This document shows, in pieces, positions 46,860 through 56,377 of a stretch of 64,000 nucleotides of DNA. Made by a program: the position numbers and the translations under genes. Every line of letters starts with the position of its first letter. The stretch's first letter is position 1. Source of the DNA: an uncultured Anaerolinea sp. (GTDB taxonomy: Bacteria; Chloroflexota; Anaerolineae; Anaerolineales; Anaerolineaceae); the NCBI GenBank assembly GCA_964454565.1, contig CAYVTF010000002.1:71270-135269 (forward strand), given 5' to 3'. Below the pieces are notes generated by a model, which did not search any database, was not told the origin of the DNA, and was given only the letters and a program-made list of their open reading frames with translations.

Positions 46860-47834
46860 CTACACCAGCCTGGCGGGTCCGCCTGGCTGTGCAACGATCA
46901 CGTCCTTAACTCCGCTTATCGCGAGCAATTTGCTTTTCACCCTCTCTGCCTGTTGAGCTTCACAAATAACGTGAACGTTCGGTCCGGCATCGATGGTGAA
47001 GGCGACAGGAATCCCGGTTTTTCGCCAGGTCTGAACAGACATCATGATTTCAAGCGTTACAGGTTGCCAGTAATAAATGGCTGGTGTGGATGTCATTGTG
47101 ACCGCGTGTAGCAGGTTACTATCCTGTTCGATTATCTCGGACAAGGCACTCATGTCCCTGGCAATAATGGCTTGCTTGCATATGTCGATCCTGCGTTCTG
47201 CATCCAGGACACGTCCCTGTTGGATCGGGCTGGTCCTGGAAGATGCATGTCCATCCGAGGAGCTCACTTTTTTGTTGCTGCTATCCACCAGGGTGATGCA
47301 ATCCGCAAGCCCCCAATATTCCTGCGCAGCAAATGTAATGGCAAAGGAATCTATGTCGGAATTTCCACGGTACCACTCGACAAAGCCTCCCGGGATGGAG
47401 CGGCAGGCAGAACCCGAACCCCGCCTGGCAAGCCTTGACAGGTCTTTTGAGCTCATTTCTATGCCAACAGCTCTTACCCCTGCCACAGTGAGCGCGGCAA
47501 ACGCTGATGAGGACGAGGCAATTCCCGCATTGGCAGGGAAATTGTTCTCACTCAGGATGTGAGCCCTGGTGGAAATACCCCGCAGACCGCGGATGACGTT
47601 TAGGTGGTTGGTTACCCGTTGCAGTGCGTCACCTGTTTGGCGCACGCCGTTCAGGTCAAAAATGTCTTTTGGCAGGGACTGGTCAAATGTAACGGTGGTG
47701 CGGGTGGTCAGTTCGTGCAGGTTCATTGAAACCGAACCATTTTGGGGAAGCCTGAGGTTGTCGTTGGTGTTTCCCCAATACTTGATGAAGGCGATATTCG
47801 GGTGTGCCAGGGCGGTTGCGGATTGAATTTGCAT
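46860..47834 (-). CDS. mvaD: GHMP-family mevalonate-pathway decarboxylase (diphospho- or phosphomevalonate decarboxylase)
   Basis: NIAFIKYWGN N-terminal signature, GHMP motif GIASSSSAFAAL, and catalytic-region SGSACRS. Confidence 0.85.
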   Translation of the reverse strand: MQIQSATALAHPNIAFIKYWGNTNDNLRLPQNGSVSMNLHELTTRTTVTFDQSLPKDIFDLNGVRQTGDALQRVTNHLNVIRGLRGISTRAHILSENNFPANAGIASSSSAFAALTVAGVRAVGIEMSSKDLSRLARRGSGSACRSIPGGFVEWYRGNSDIDSFAITFAAQEYWGLADCITLVDSSNKKVSSSDGHASSRTSPIQQGRVLDAERRIDICKQAIIARDMSALSEIIEQDSNLLHAVTMTSTPAIYYWQPVTLEIMMSVQTWRKTGIPVAFTIDAGPNVHVICEAQQAERVKSKLLAISGVKDVIVAQPGGPARLV

Positions 47835-47900
47835 GGTTTGATTTTAAAACATTATTGGATTTCTTCAAAGTCAAATGTGATCATTATTTGCGAAGAAATG

Positions 47901-49067
47901 TCACCCGGTTTCCGCTGGTTTATGGATCGCAAACTGCACCGGGATACCGCCATTCGTAAACCTTAATACCTCGCTGGGGTTGTCCATTCCCAGGTTGCCG
48001 GCGAGTATCCTGTCGTTGGTCAGGATGCCTTTGGTCCAACCTGGAAAATTGGCTTTCAGGATCTCTCCAAATCGAGCATAAAGGTCGCGCAAGTCTTTAT
48101 TACCGCTGACGCGCACTCCGTAAGGCGGATTAGAGATGATCCAGCCATTTTCAGATGTTGGTTTGAGAAAGGAGATCGCCTGCTTTTTGAACGTGACGGA
48201 ATCCTTTTGCCCTGCCCGAGAAGAATTCGCGGTGGCCATATCGATGGCACCATCGTCCCGGTCGTACCCGCTGATGCTCGCCCGGGGTGGGAGGATATTC
48301 TCTTTGGCCTTTGCTAAAAGATCTTCCCAGACCGCTGATTCTGTTACCGGCCATTTTATGAATGCAAAGGAACGGGCGATGCCGGGAGGAATGTTTCGGG
48401 AAATTAAAGAGGCTTCTATCGGTATCGTGCCGGACCCACAAAAAGGATCAATGAAGTCAGCAACGCCGTCCCAACCCGATGCCAGGATCATCGCAGCTGC
48501 GTGGGTTTCTCTCAAAGGTGCTTTCGCCACCGCCAAACGGTACCCACGCTTGTGGAGGAGTTCTCCGGAGGAGTCAATACTGATCGTGCACGCATCGTTG
48601 ACAATCCGTACCAGAACCAATTGCCCTGTAGTGTCCTGGACACAGGGTTTCTGGTTAGTCATGGCAAAATGGTCCGCGATAGCCCCCAGCACTCTTTCGG
48701 CGACACCATCAGAATGATAAAGCTTGGACTTGTGACTTACAGCTTGAATGTTGACCCTCTGACCGGGGAATACATACTTTTCCCATTCCAACCTGGCCGC
48801 TTTTTTCCGTAATTCAGCGAAGGCAGTGGCGTAAAATTCTCCTAAACGGACGACTACGCGGCTGGCAGTGCGCAAGTGCAGGTTGCACCGCATCACATGC
48901 GCGTAAGTTCCCTCGAATAAAATTCCTCCTGTCTCTTCACCAGGTGTTTCTTTTCGCCTGGACTCCTTGCGGATCGGGATCAGGTGGTTGCGCCGGCACT
49001 CGTCTGCCAGCACATCCTCCAAGCCGGGAGCGCAGGAAACAAAGAAATTTACACGGTCATTTGGCAT
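47901..49067 (-). CDS. THUMP-domain class I SAM-dependent RNA methyltransferase (RlmL/COG0116-like)
   Basis: N-terminal THUMP-like region, SAM-binding DPFCGSGT and catalytic NPPYG. Confidence 0.82.
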   Translation of the reverse strand: MPNDRVNFFVSCAPGLEDVLADECRRNHLIPIRKESRRKETPGEETGGILFEGTYAHVMRCNLHLRTASRVVVRLGEFYATAFAELRKKAARLEWEKYVFPGQRVNIQAVSHKSKLYHSDGVAERVLGAIADHFAMTNQKPCVQDTTGQLVLVRIVNDACTISIDSSGELLHKRGYRLAVAKAPLRETHAAAMILASGWDGVADFIDPFCGSGTIPIEASLISRNIPPGIARSFAFIKWPVTESAVWEDLLAKAKENILPPRASISGYDRDDGAIDMATANSSRAGQKDSVTFKKQAISFLKPTSENGWIISNPPYGVRVSGNKDLRDLYARFGEILKANFPGWTKGILTNDRILAGNLGMDNPSEVLRFTNGGIPVQFAIHKPAETG

Positions 49068-50838
49068 ACGTTTTCTTCTTTCTCAGAGTGTTTCCTGCCC
49101 CGGGTTTGGATGGTTTTGAGGTTCTATCGTAGGCTGTGTATCTTGCAGGTTGGTAGGGTTTGGTTACCAGTTCCTTCTGCCTGTTTTTCTTGTGAAGATC
49201 CTTTTCAACGAATAGTTTTTCACCTGTAAATGGGTCTTTCTCTGTGTAATACATAACACTGGCGTAAGTGGAAGGGGTAGGAGTGAATACCTGTACCTGT
49301 TCAGGTTGAATTTTCAACTTCTGAGAGACAAATTCGCTCAGTTTGCGCATTTCTCGATCGCTGCTGCCAGGATAAGCAGCAATGAGGTAATAGGTGAGGT
49401 ATTGTTCTTTCCCTGCCTGCTTGGAAAGCGTTTCGAATTGCTCTCGGAACTCAATCACTGAACGCACAGGAGGTTTACCCATCAATTTCAACACGGCCGG
49501 TTCAGTGTGTTCGGGCGCGATCTTCAACTGGCCGGACGTGTGATGGGCGGCAACCTGCCGCAAGTATTGCATGCCATGTTGCTTATCTGCCAGCACCATG
49601 TCGTAGCGGATGCCTGATCCGACGAAAACATGCTTTACTCCCGGGACCCTGGAAACCTTTTTCAGCAGATCCACCTGGCTTGAGTGGTCAATCTTTAAAA
49701 CCGGGCAAAGGTCAGGGAAAACGCACCGTTTGTCGGCACAGGCTCCACTGGTCAACTTTTTTTTGCACTCGATCTGGTACATGTTTGCTGTTGGACCGCC
49801 TAAATCGGTGATTGTCCCTCTGAATTTTGGATGTTGCGTCAATTTTTGGGCTTCGTTGACGATGGAATCTTCACTGCGCGAGGAAATTGTGCGCCCTTCG
49901 TGAACGGCAATGGCACAAAAATTACACTCGCCATAACAGCCGCGATGGGTGGGAATGGAAAAGCGGATCGTTTCGAGCGCTTTTACAGGTCCGATTTTTT
50001 CATAGAAGGGATGTTGTTCTCTTTCAAAATCAAGAGCGTAAACAACATCCATCTGTTCTTCAGTTGGACTTGGCGCGGGAGGGTTCTGTACAAGGAATCT
50101 GTCGCCCTTTCTTTGAGCCAGACCTCTGGCGGTGATGGGGTCATTGTTCTGATAGAACTGGTGATACATCTGGATGAATGTATCGTGGTTTTCGAGTGTC
50201 TTTTCAAATGATGGCAATTCCAGGTAACCATCCGGAATGGTTTTGGATAAGTAACATAATCCACGAATCTTGAGAGGTGACTCTCCGTGTTTGATTTCGG
50301 CGGCAAGCTCCACTATGGAAGCTTCTGCCATTCCGTAAAGCAAATAATCGGCTTTGGAATCGAAAAGGATTGGCGCACGCAGGCGATCACTCCAATAATC
50401 GTAATGGGTGATGCGCCGGAGACTGGCTTCAATCCCGCCGAGAACGATCGGCTTGCTGGATTTGTAGAATTTTTTTATCAAATTCGCATAGGCAATTACC
50501 GCTCTGTCTGGTCTGCGGTTATTTAGGCCCCCTGGAGTGAAATCGTCGCTGCGGCGTTTGCGCAGGGTGGCGGTGTAGTTCGCTACCATTGAATCCACCG
50601 TCCCGCTGCTTACTCCCCAAAACAGATCCGGTTCACCCAGCCGGCTGATGTCGACATCGGTTGTCGTGTCAGGTTGGGCAATCACCCCAACTTTGTATCC
50701 AGCATTTAATAACACTTTGCCGATCAGTGCAATACCGGAGTAGGGTGCATCAATGTAAGAATCGCCTGTAACGAGGAGAATATCCAACTTCTCCCAGCCT
50801 AGTATTTGCATTTCTTCGCGTGTGGTTGGTAAAAACAA
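49057..50838 (-). CDS. YgiQ-family (UPF0313) radical SAM protein
   Basis: N-terminus FLPTTREEMQILGW...VTGDSYIDAP is typical of YgiQ. Radical-SAM cluster CYGECNFC. TTG start. The 3' end overlaps the THUMP gene start by 11 nt. Confidence 0.85.
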   Translation of the reverse strand: MFLPTTREEMQILGWEKLDILLVTGDSYIDAPYSGIALIGKVLLNAGYKVGVIAQPDTTTDVDISRLGEPDLFWGVSSGTVDSMVANYTATLRKRRSDDFTPGGLNNRRPDRAVIAYANLIKKFYKSSKPIVLGGIEASLRRITHYDYWSDRLRAPILFDSKADYLLYGMAEASIVELAAEIKHGESPLKIRGLCYLSKTIPDGYLELPSFEKTLENHDTFIQMYHQFYQNNDPITARGLAQRKGDRFLVQNPPAPSPTEEQMDVVYALDFEREQHPFYEKIGPVKALETIRFSIPTHRGCYGECNFCAIAVHEGRTISSRSEDSIVNEAQKLTQHPKFRGTITDLGGPTANMYQIECKKKLTSGACADKRCVFPDLCPVLKIDHSSQVDLLKKVSRVPGVKHVFVGSGIRYDMVLADKQHGMQYLRQVAAHHTSGQLKIAPEHTEPAVLKLMGKPPVRSVIEFREQFETLSKQAGKEQYLTYYLIAAYPGSSDREMRKLSEFVSQKLKIQPEQVQVFTPTPSTYASVMYYTEKDPFTGEKLFVEKDLHKKNRQKELVTKPYQPARYTAYDRTSKPSKPGAGNTLRKKKTYAK

Positions 50839-50889
50839 TAAAATTGTCCTTCAATTCTTTCTAAAAAATGAGTATACCATGCAGATATG

Positions 50890-50922
50890 ACAAGGCATCC
50901 GGCAAGTCGCCGGATGCCTTGT
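50890..50922 (-). terminator. strong GC-rich hairpin downstream of the DUF1295/DUF1475 pair (terminator-like, no clear U-tract)
   Basis: 14-bp perfect stem ACAAGGCATCCGGC/GCCGGATGCCTTGT with a 5-nt loop, 16 nt beyond the stop at 50938. Confidence 0.45.
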
Positions 50923-50937
50923 GTAAAAGTGATTTTA

Positions 50938-51270
50938 CTATTTCGAATATCTGTTTCCGAAAAAGAAACGTTTCCAACTACCCTGGCTCTTTTGCAGGGC
51001 AAGAAAAATATATAAGATGGCAGTGAAGAACCCCAGGGTCATCATAAGGACGACCCACACGAGGGAAGGGAGGAATGCGCGTTCCCGAAAAACGATCCAG
51101 GCTGAAAACAATGTAAAACCCACGTATAAGTCAACGAGCGATACAATGCCCCATGGCATACTGAGTAGTTTGGACCCTTCTTCTGCGAAGTTGCCTTTGG
51201 TAAACGCAAAGACAAGCACACCGCTCATAGCCAGAATCCCTAAAAATGAAATTACTGTTGCTATTTTCAT
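50938..51270 (-). CDS. small membrane protein, DUF1475-like (tentative)
   Basis: Start trimmed to MKIATVISFLGILAM. ~110 aa with 3-4 TM helices and a PWGIVSLVDLY..F..AW motif. Starts 4 nt after the upstream stop. Confidence 0.6.
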   Translation of the reverse strand: MKIATVISFLGILAMSGVLVFAFTKGNFAEEGSKLLSMPWGIVSLVDLYVGFTLFSAWIVFRERAFLPSLVWVVLMMTLGFFTAILYIFLALQKSQGSWKRFFFGNRYSK

Positions 51271-51274
51271 GTTT

Positions 51275-52069
51275 TTATTGATTCTTTGGTTTACGCGGGA
51301 ACCAGGGGATGAAGGCACTGGTTGATTCCACGTATTTTTTGTATCCTGGTTTTGTGTTGGACAATGTTTTTTCCAGCAGAGCCACACCGGACACTTTTAT
51401 AAGCAGGAGGGTCATTAGAATGGGACTAAAAATGGTCCACCAACCACCGGCTGCTGCAGCCATCAAATAATACCCCCACCATTGCGCGGCATCGCCAAAA
51501 TAATTCGGATGGCGGGTATAACGCCAGACCCCGGTGGATAACAGTTTGCCACGGTTGGCGGAATTCGCTTTGAAGCGCGCGAGCTGGATGTCTCCCGCAG
51601 CCTCAAAGAAGAATCCTACAACCCATAGGATGATTCCAAGAAAATCCAGGAAGGTTAACCGGGCTGGTAGTGACTGGAACTGGCCAGAAAGCAATGGCCA
51701 GGAGATGACCCACATCAATAAACCCTGAAGTAAAAAAACCTGGAACAGGCTCTTTATCCACCAGATATTACCGCTTTCATTGCGCCACTTTTGATAGCGG
51801 AAATCTTCAGGTTTTCCCCAATTGCGGATGAGAATGTGGAGTGTCAACCTGAGACCCCAAACTGTTGCCAAAATCATCAGGATGAGTTTTCGAGCCATGA
51901 ACCCATCAGGAGTGAGGAGAAAATATGTCCAACCTGTGATGACAAAGCCCGCGCCCCAGAAAATATCCACGATGCTCGAGTTTTTGAGGGCAAGGCTCAC
52001 CAGCCAAAGGACGATCATGAATGCCAGGATGATCAATCCGCCAAGAAGAAATGCTGAAAATTGTGTCAT
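51275..52069 (-). CDS. DUF1295 / steroid-5-alpha-reductase-like membrane protein
   Basis: Polytopic protein with the C-terminal GVWRYTRHPNYFGDAAQWWG signature. Confidence 0.82.
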   Translation of the reverse strand: MTQFSAFLLGGLIILAFMIVLWLVSLALKNSSIVDIFWGAGFVITGWTYFLLTPDGFMARKLILMILATVWGLRLTLHILIRNWGKPEDFRYQKWRNESGNIWWIKSLFQVFLLQGLLMWVISWPLLSGQFQSLPARLTFLDFLGIILWVVGFFFEAAGDIQLARFKANSANRGKLLSTGVWRYTRHPNYFGDAAQWWGYYLMAAAAGGWWTIFSPILMTLLLIKVSGVALLEKTLSNTKPGYKKYVESTSAFIPWFPRKPKNQ

Positions 52070-52095
52070 TCAATTGATCCTATGCTTCATGAACA

Positions 52096-52941
52096 TTATG
52101 TGTTGGGTGCAGTTACAGCCACAAATCCCACTGCACCTGGTCCAATGTGAGAGCCGATAACCGGGGTTACATCAACTGAGTACGGTACAGTCTCTTGCGG
52201 AAACAGGTCGATTGCCTGCTGCCTGAGGAGTTCCGCTTCCCGCGGGGCGTTGGTGTGAACCAGGTGAAGTTCCTGGAGTGGACCAAGCGAGCGAATGATA
52301 TCGATCAACCTTTGATAAGCACCACGGGTAGTGCGGGCTGCGTCCATGCCGACCTTGGCATGCATCATTTTCATGATTGGCTTGATTTGCAGCACACTTC
52401 CCAGGCTGGCTTTGATCATGGAAACTCGGCCGCTTCTACGAAGAAACTTCATTGTGTCCAACGCCGCAAAAGTTCCTGTGCGGTCTGCCAGGTCCCGAAT
52501 TTTTGTCATGATCTCATCAAAGGAGGCACCCGTGCGCGTAAGTTTGGCTGCCAGCTCCACGACAAGACCAGTTCCCAAAGTTAACTGGTTGGCATCAAAC
52601 GTTTTGACGATTGATTTGCCTACCGCATCAGCAGCCAGAGATGCTACGTTAAAAGATCCACTTAATAAACTGGAGATGTGGATGGATATGATTGCGTCTG
52701 CCCCTCTTTTGATCAACTTCTTGTATTCCTCAACAAATGCATTTATTGAGGGAACTGACGTTGTAGGAGGATGGTCGTAATCGGGGATTTTTTCATAAAA
52801 CTCCTTGCGGGTAATATCCACGCCATCAACGTAGGATTTGTCAGAAAAATTGATATACAACGGAACGACGGTGATATCCAAATTTTCCACAACTTCTTTG
52901 GGCAAGTCACAGGTGCTATCAGTCACAATTTTGATGTTCAT
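52096..52941 (-). CDS. DegV-family fatty-acid-binding protein
   Basis: N-terminal IKIVTDSTCDLP and overall length of 281 aa. Confidence 0.88.
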   Translation of the reverse strand: MNIKIVTDSTCDLPKEVVENLDITVVPLYINFSDKSYVDGVDITRKEFYEKIPDYDHPPTTSVPSINAFVEEYKKLIKRGADAIISIHISSLLSGSFNVASLAADAVGKSIVKTFDANQLTLGTGLVVELAAKLTRTGASFDEIMTKIRDLADRTGTFAALDTMKFLRRSGRVSMIKASLGSVLQIKPIMKMMHAKVGMDAARTTRGAYQRLIDIIRSLGPLQELHLVHTNAPREAELLRQQAIDLFPQETVPYSVDVTPVIGSHIGPGAVGFVAVTAPNT

Positions 52942-53201
52942 TTTCCCTCGCTCGTATGAAATTACCTTATTTTATAACGAGATTGCCTGAAAATCAACAA
53001 GAATAGAGCTTCTGTATAAGTTCCTGAGGAGCTCATTTGAGTTCCAGCACTATTACAATCAGTTTCCTTGATGTAAACCTGAGATTTCGAGGACTTTTAC
53101 CTGTTACCTCAGGCAGATAAAAGTTCCGGAATCGAGGAAAACCTCTTTGAAGCATCACGAACCAGTTGACCTGGGGAGTGATGGACAATTCGTCCATCTA
53201 T

Positions 53202-53230
53202 AAAAAAAAAGCGCAGCATTTCGGCTGCGC
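53202..53230 (-). terminator. intrinsic terminator of the slyD operon
   Basis: The minus strand reads GCGCAGCCGAAATGCTGCGC followed by TTTTTTTTT, 19 nt after the slyD stop. Confidence 0.85.
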
Positions 53231-53248
53231 AAATCCGTGCGGTTTATG

Positions 53249-53752
53249 TTACTCGTGACCGTGGTCATGACCATGAACGTGGTCATGTTCCAATTCCTCG
53301 GTTGTGGCTTCGCGGACGCCTACAATTTTTACCTTGAAACTCAGGTCTTTCCCTGCCAACGGATGGTTGAAATTAAGTGTGACAGAATCTAACGTTACTT
53401 CTTCTATGAATGCTGAAAGCTCGTCGCCGTTTTCGTCCTCAATTCCAATTTCAGTGCCAATTTCCAGTGGAATCTCTTCCGGAAATTCTGCCCTAGGTAC
53501 CTCGGTGAAATCCTCCGGATCAAATGCTCCGTAGGCCTCGTCAGCTTTCACGAAAACCTCTTTGGATTCTCCCACCAACATTCCTTCGATGGCTTTTTCC
53601 AACCCGGGGATGATGTGTTCATGACCTTGAATAAATTCAAGTGGATCGCCTTCCTCGGAAAAATCGATCACTTTGCCTTCAACCTTCAGCTCATAATCCA
53701 TGCTGATGACCAGGTCTTTGCGTACTTTGTTTAAACCGGGATTATCGCTCAC
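53249..53752 (-). CDS. slyD: FKBP-type peptidyl-prolyl isomerase SlyD with His-rich tail
   Basis: KDLVISMDYELKVEGKVID aligns with the SlyD N-terminus. IF-insert region, NHPLAGK motif, and C-terminal HDHVHGHDHGHE. GTG start with SD GAGAAGG. Confidence 0.88.
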   Translation of the reverse strand: MSDNPGLNKVRKDLVISMDYELKVEGKVIDFSEEGDPLEFIQGHEHIIPGLEKAIEGMLVGESKEVFVKADEAYGAFDPEDFTEVPRAEFPEEIPLEIGTEIGIEDENGDELSAFIEEVTLDSVTLNFNHPLAGKDLSFKVKIVGVREATTEELEHDHVHGHDHGHE

Positions 53753-53814
53753 AACAACCTTCTCTCTATTTATTTAAATTTGAAGTGGCATTATACCACG
53801 CAGGTTTATTCTCT

Positions 53815-55353
53815 TCAGGCTGTGTAGACCCTGATGGCTGATTCGCCAACAACCGGGCACTTAAATTCACAGGTTCCACAACCGATGCAGGTCAAGCGGT
53901 TGACAACCGGCAGCTGAAGGGTGAACTTTTCGCCTTCCGGAGTGGTGAATTCTCCCATTTCAAGAGTGATGGCTTTGTCAGGCAGCGGGCACATTTCTTC
54001 ACAAACAATGCAGGAGCGATGATCAGACCAGGCAATGCAACGATTGTGATCAATGTAGGCTTTGCCAATCACTGCATTTTTCTTTTCTTCCAGGGGCAGT
54101 AATGGGATGGCACCCACCGGGCAGATCTGCCCGCAAGCATTGCAGGAATACTGGCAGAACCCGAGCCGAGGAACCAGAACGGGTGTGGAAATATTCTCAG
54201 CTCCAGTTTCCAGTAGATCAGGCTGCAGACCATGGGTGGGGCATACTTTCATGCACAATCCACACCTGATGCACTTGGCAGAAAAATTCTCTTCATCCAC
54301 ACCGGGGGGGCGAAGACGGTGATTTTTGGGAAAATTCCTGATCCAATCGATCGAGAGCAGGGCAACTGCAGTTATTGAAACCAGAACCGTGTTCATGATT
54401 GAACGACGGTTGGGATCGTATGGTCGAAATTTCGCAACGGAAAAACCTGGTGAAAAACGGATAGCATCCTTCTGGCAGCTATCCAGGCATTTCATGCACA
54501 TGGTACATTCTGAAGGGTCGCTCCTGAACCCATCCTGCGGGTTGATGGTATCAGTTGGACAACCTGTCTCACATAATCCACAGCTGGCACAGTTTTCACC
54601 AACGGTCCGCTTGATGAGAGAGAACTTGGAAATCAACCCCAATAATCCGCCAAGCGGGCATAGGTATCGGCACCAGAATCTTTCTGTGATGAGGTTGAGC
54701 AGAATGATGGCAATAAAGAACAACCCGAAGAGTATCGAATACTGAAACACAACAGGTTCAGCAGGAAAAATCTCCGGCCGAAGTAACTGGTCAAATCCAA
54801 CCACCAGGTTGCGCAACGGGCCTATAGTAACCAGGAACCGTTCCGCTGCTGTGATAACCGAATCGAGGAGGGGAAGGATGACCAGGGTGAAGGACCTGGT
54901 GAAAATGGTCAGTGGATCTAAGAAAAGCAGGGTTAGGTTCGAAAAAATAGCCGCAATTAGGATGAAAATCAGGATCGCGTATTTGAGCGAGCGCAATTTT
55001 TCTGGAACCATTAATGCCTTACGCTTGTTAAACTTAAAAACGTCGAAAATTGTCCCCAGTGGACACAGCCAGCCGCACCAGGCACGGCCAAACAAAAGGC
55101 TCAGGACTACAATGCTGAGTGAAAGGCTCATGCCAGCCAGGAAGGTACGGCTGCTTATCAGTCCAGCCAGCATCGTTAATGGACTCAATCGTTGTGGAAA
55201 ACTCAGTGTGGAGTAGGGCAGGCTGTTGTTGCGGGTGAGAAACAGGGTGACCAGAAAAACGAGAAAGGCAAGTCCCTGGACCACTTTACGTGCGACGATC
55301 CAGGCATTTTGCGGCTTATTGCGGCGAACAATGTTTTTTTTGATGTCACGCAT
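53815..55353 (-). CDS. NapH/NosR-like membrane polyferredoxin (multiple 4Fe-4S motifs)
   Basis: Several TM helices with two cytoplasmic-face CxxxCP motifs (WCGWLCPLG, WCRYLCPLG). Six CxxCxxC(xxx)C(P)-type motifs (CASCGLCETGCP, CIRCGLCMKVCP, CNACGQICP, CIVCEEMCP, CIGCGTCEFKCP...). Confidence 0.85.
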   Translation of the reverse strand: MRDIKKNIVRRNKPQNAWIVARKVVQGLAFLVFLVTLFLTRNNSLPYSTLSFPQRLSPLTMLAGLISSRTFLAGMSLSLSIVVLSLLFGRAWCGWLCPLGTIFDVFKFNKRKALMVPEKLRSLKYAILIFILIAAIFSNLTLLFLDPLTIFTRSFTLVILPLLDSVITAAERFLVTIGPLRNLVVGFDQLLRPEIFPAEPVVFQYSILFGLFFIAIILLNLITERFWCRYLCPLGGLLGLISKFSLIKRTVGENCASCGLCETGCPTDTINPQDGFRSDPSECTMCMKCLDSCQKDAIRFSPGFSVAKFRPYDPNRRSIMNTVLVSITAVALLSIDWIRNFPKNHRLRPPGVDEENFSAKCIRCGLCMKVCPTHGLQPDLLETGAENISTPVLVPRLGFCQYSCNACGQICPVGAIPLLPLEEKKNAVIGKAYIDHNRCIAWSDHRSCIVCEEMCPLPDKAITLEMGEFTTPEGEKFTLQLPVVNRLTCIGCGTCEFKCPVVGESAIRVYTA

Positions 55354-56347
55354 CGATGCTGAACTCTTCGATTTTAAAATTGTCTACGTCTATCCGCCCC
55401 AGTCCGCGTTGAGCGGCTTCCACCAGGTAGGGAAGGTGCTCTGGCTTCTTTCTGAATAGCCTGGTGGCGTAACTATCTGCAGCGATCAAATCTGTGCCGA
55501 AAATCATCGTATTCTGAACCTTCACATCATCCAGGTTGCCACCGGCAGGACCGTTCTCCATTATCGTGCGGGTGGCATCGATAATGGTCAGATGCGGTTT
55601 GACAGCAAATCCAAGATCCACAAGCTTTGTCTGGATTTCAGCGTGCATCCTCTCCCGTTTCTGAATGATGCCCATCAGGTTTTTCAATCCCATGGAAAGG
55701 GACGATAATCCGTGTTGTTTTGCAATGGGCAGGTTGATGAACAGGTCGGTTTCAAAAAAGTCAGGATAAGCGATGACACTTTTAAGGGTTTTCCCTTCTG
55801 GAATGTCGAATTCCAAATACTTGAGGGGAAGCATAACCTCCATCACACCGCCGTTCAGTTCAACCTGTTCCTGGATGCCGCTGGAACGGTAGCAGTCTTC
55901 TGCTGATCCGCCGTATGGACCATCCATAACACGCACTTTTTTTGCTCCGGCGTCCAGGCACGTTTTGACCAATGCTCCCACTACCCAGGGGTTTGTGGTG
56001 GCTCCGTATTCGTAGGTGTAGTATGGGACAGAAATGTTGGGTTTGATGATCACGTCTGCACCGGGTTTGAGGAATCGTTCTATTCCTCCAAAAGCTTTTA
56101 GCCCACGGTTGACAAGTTCTTCGGGACTTTCTCCATGCGCCACAACCAGGTCTGGAAGGTCCCCGATAGCGGGATCTATCGTGGGTGTTGGTTCCGGTTG
56201 AAAAAGGGTTGGCGTTTTGCCCGGATCTAGCGCATTTGGTTGATTGTTACTTTTTGTTTGACATCCTGCCAGGATGGCGGGGGTTGAAATTGCTGTAAGG
56301 CTAATCCCCATTGCACGCAGGAATTCTCTTCTTGATAATCTTTTCAA
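55346..56347 (-). CDS. DUF362-domain protein with Tat signal and lipobox
   Basis: TTG start with SD GAGGAGG. N-terminus MKRLSRREFLRAMGISLTAISTPAILAGC is a twin-arginine motif plus LAGC lipobox. The rest matches the DUF362 pattern by eye. 8-nt overlap with the polyferredoxin gene. Confidence 0.75.
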   Translation of the reverse strand: MKRLSRREFLRAMGISLTAISTPAILAGCQTKSNNQPNALDPGKTPTLFQPEPTPTIDPAIGDLPDLVVAHGESPEELVNRGLKAFGGIERFLKPGADVIIKPNISVPYYTYEYGATTNPWVVGALVKTCLDAGAKKVRVMDGPYGGSAEDCYRSSGIQEQVELNGGVMEVMLPLKYLEFDIPEGKTLKSVIAYPDFFETDLFINLPIAKQHGLSSLSMGLKNLMGIIQKRERMHAEIQTKLVDLGFAVKPHLTIIDATRTIMENGPAGGNLDDVKVQNTMIFGTDLIAADSYATRLFRKKPEHLPYLVEAAQRGLGRIDVDNFKIEEFSIDA

Positions 56348-56377
56348 AACAACCTCCTCAACCCAACCAATAAGAGT

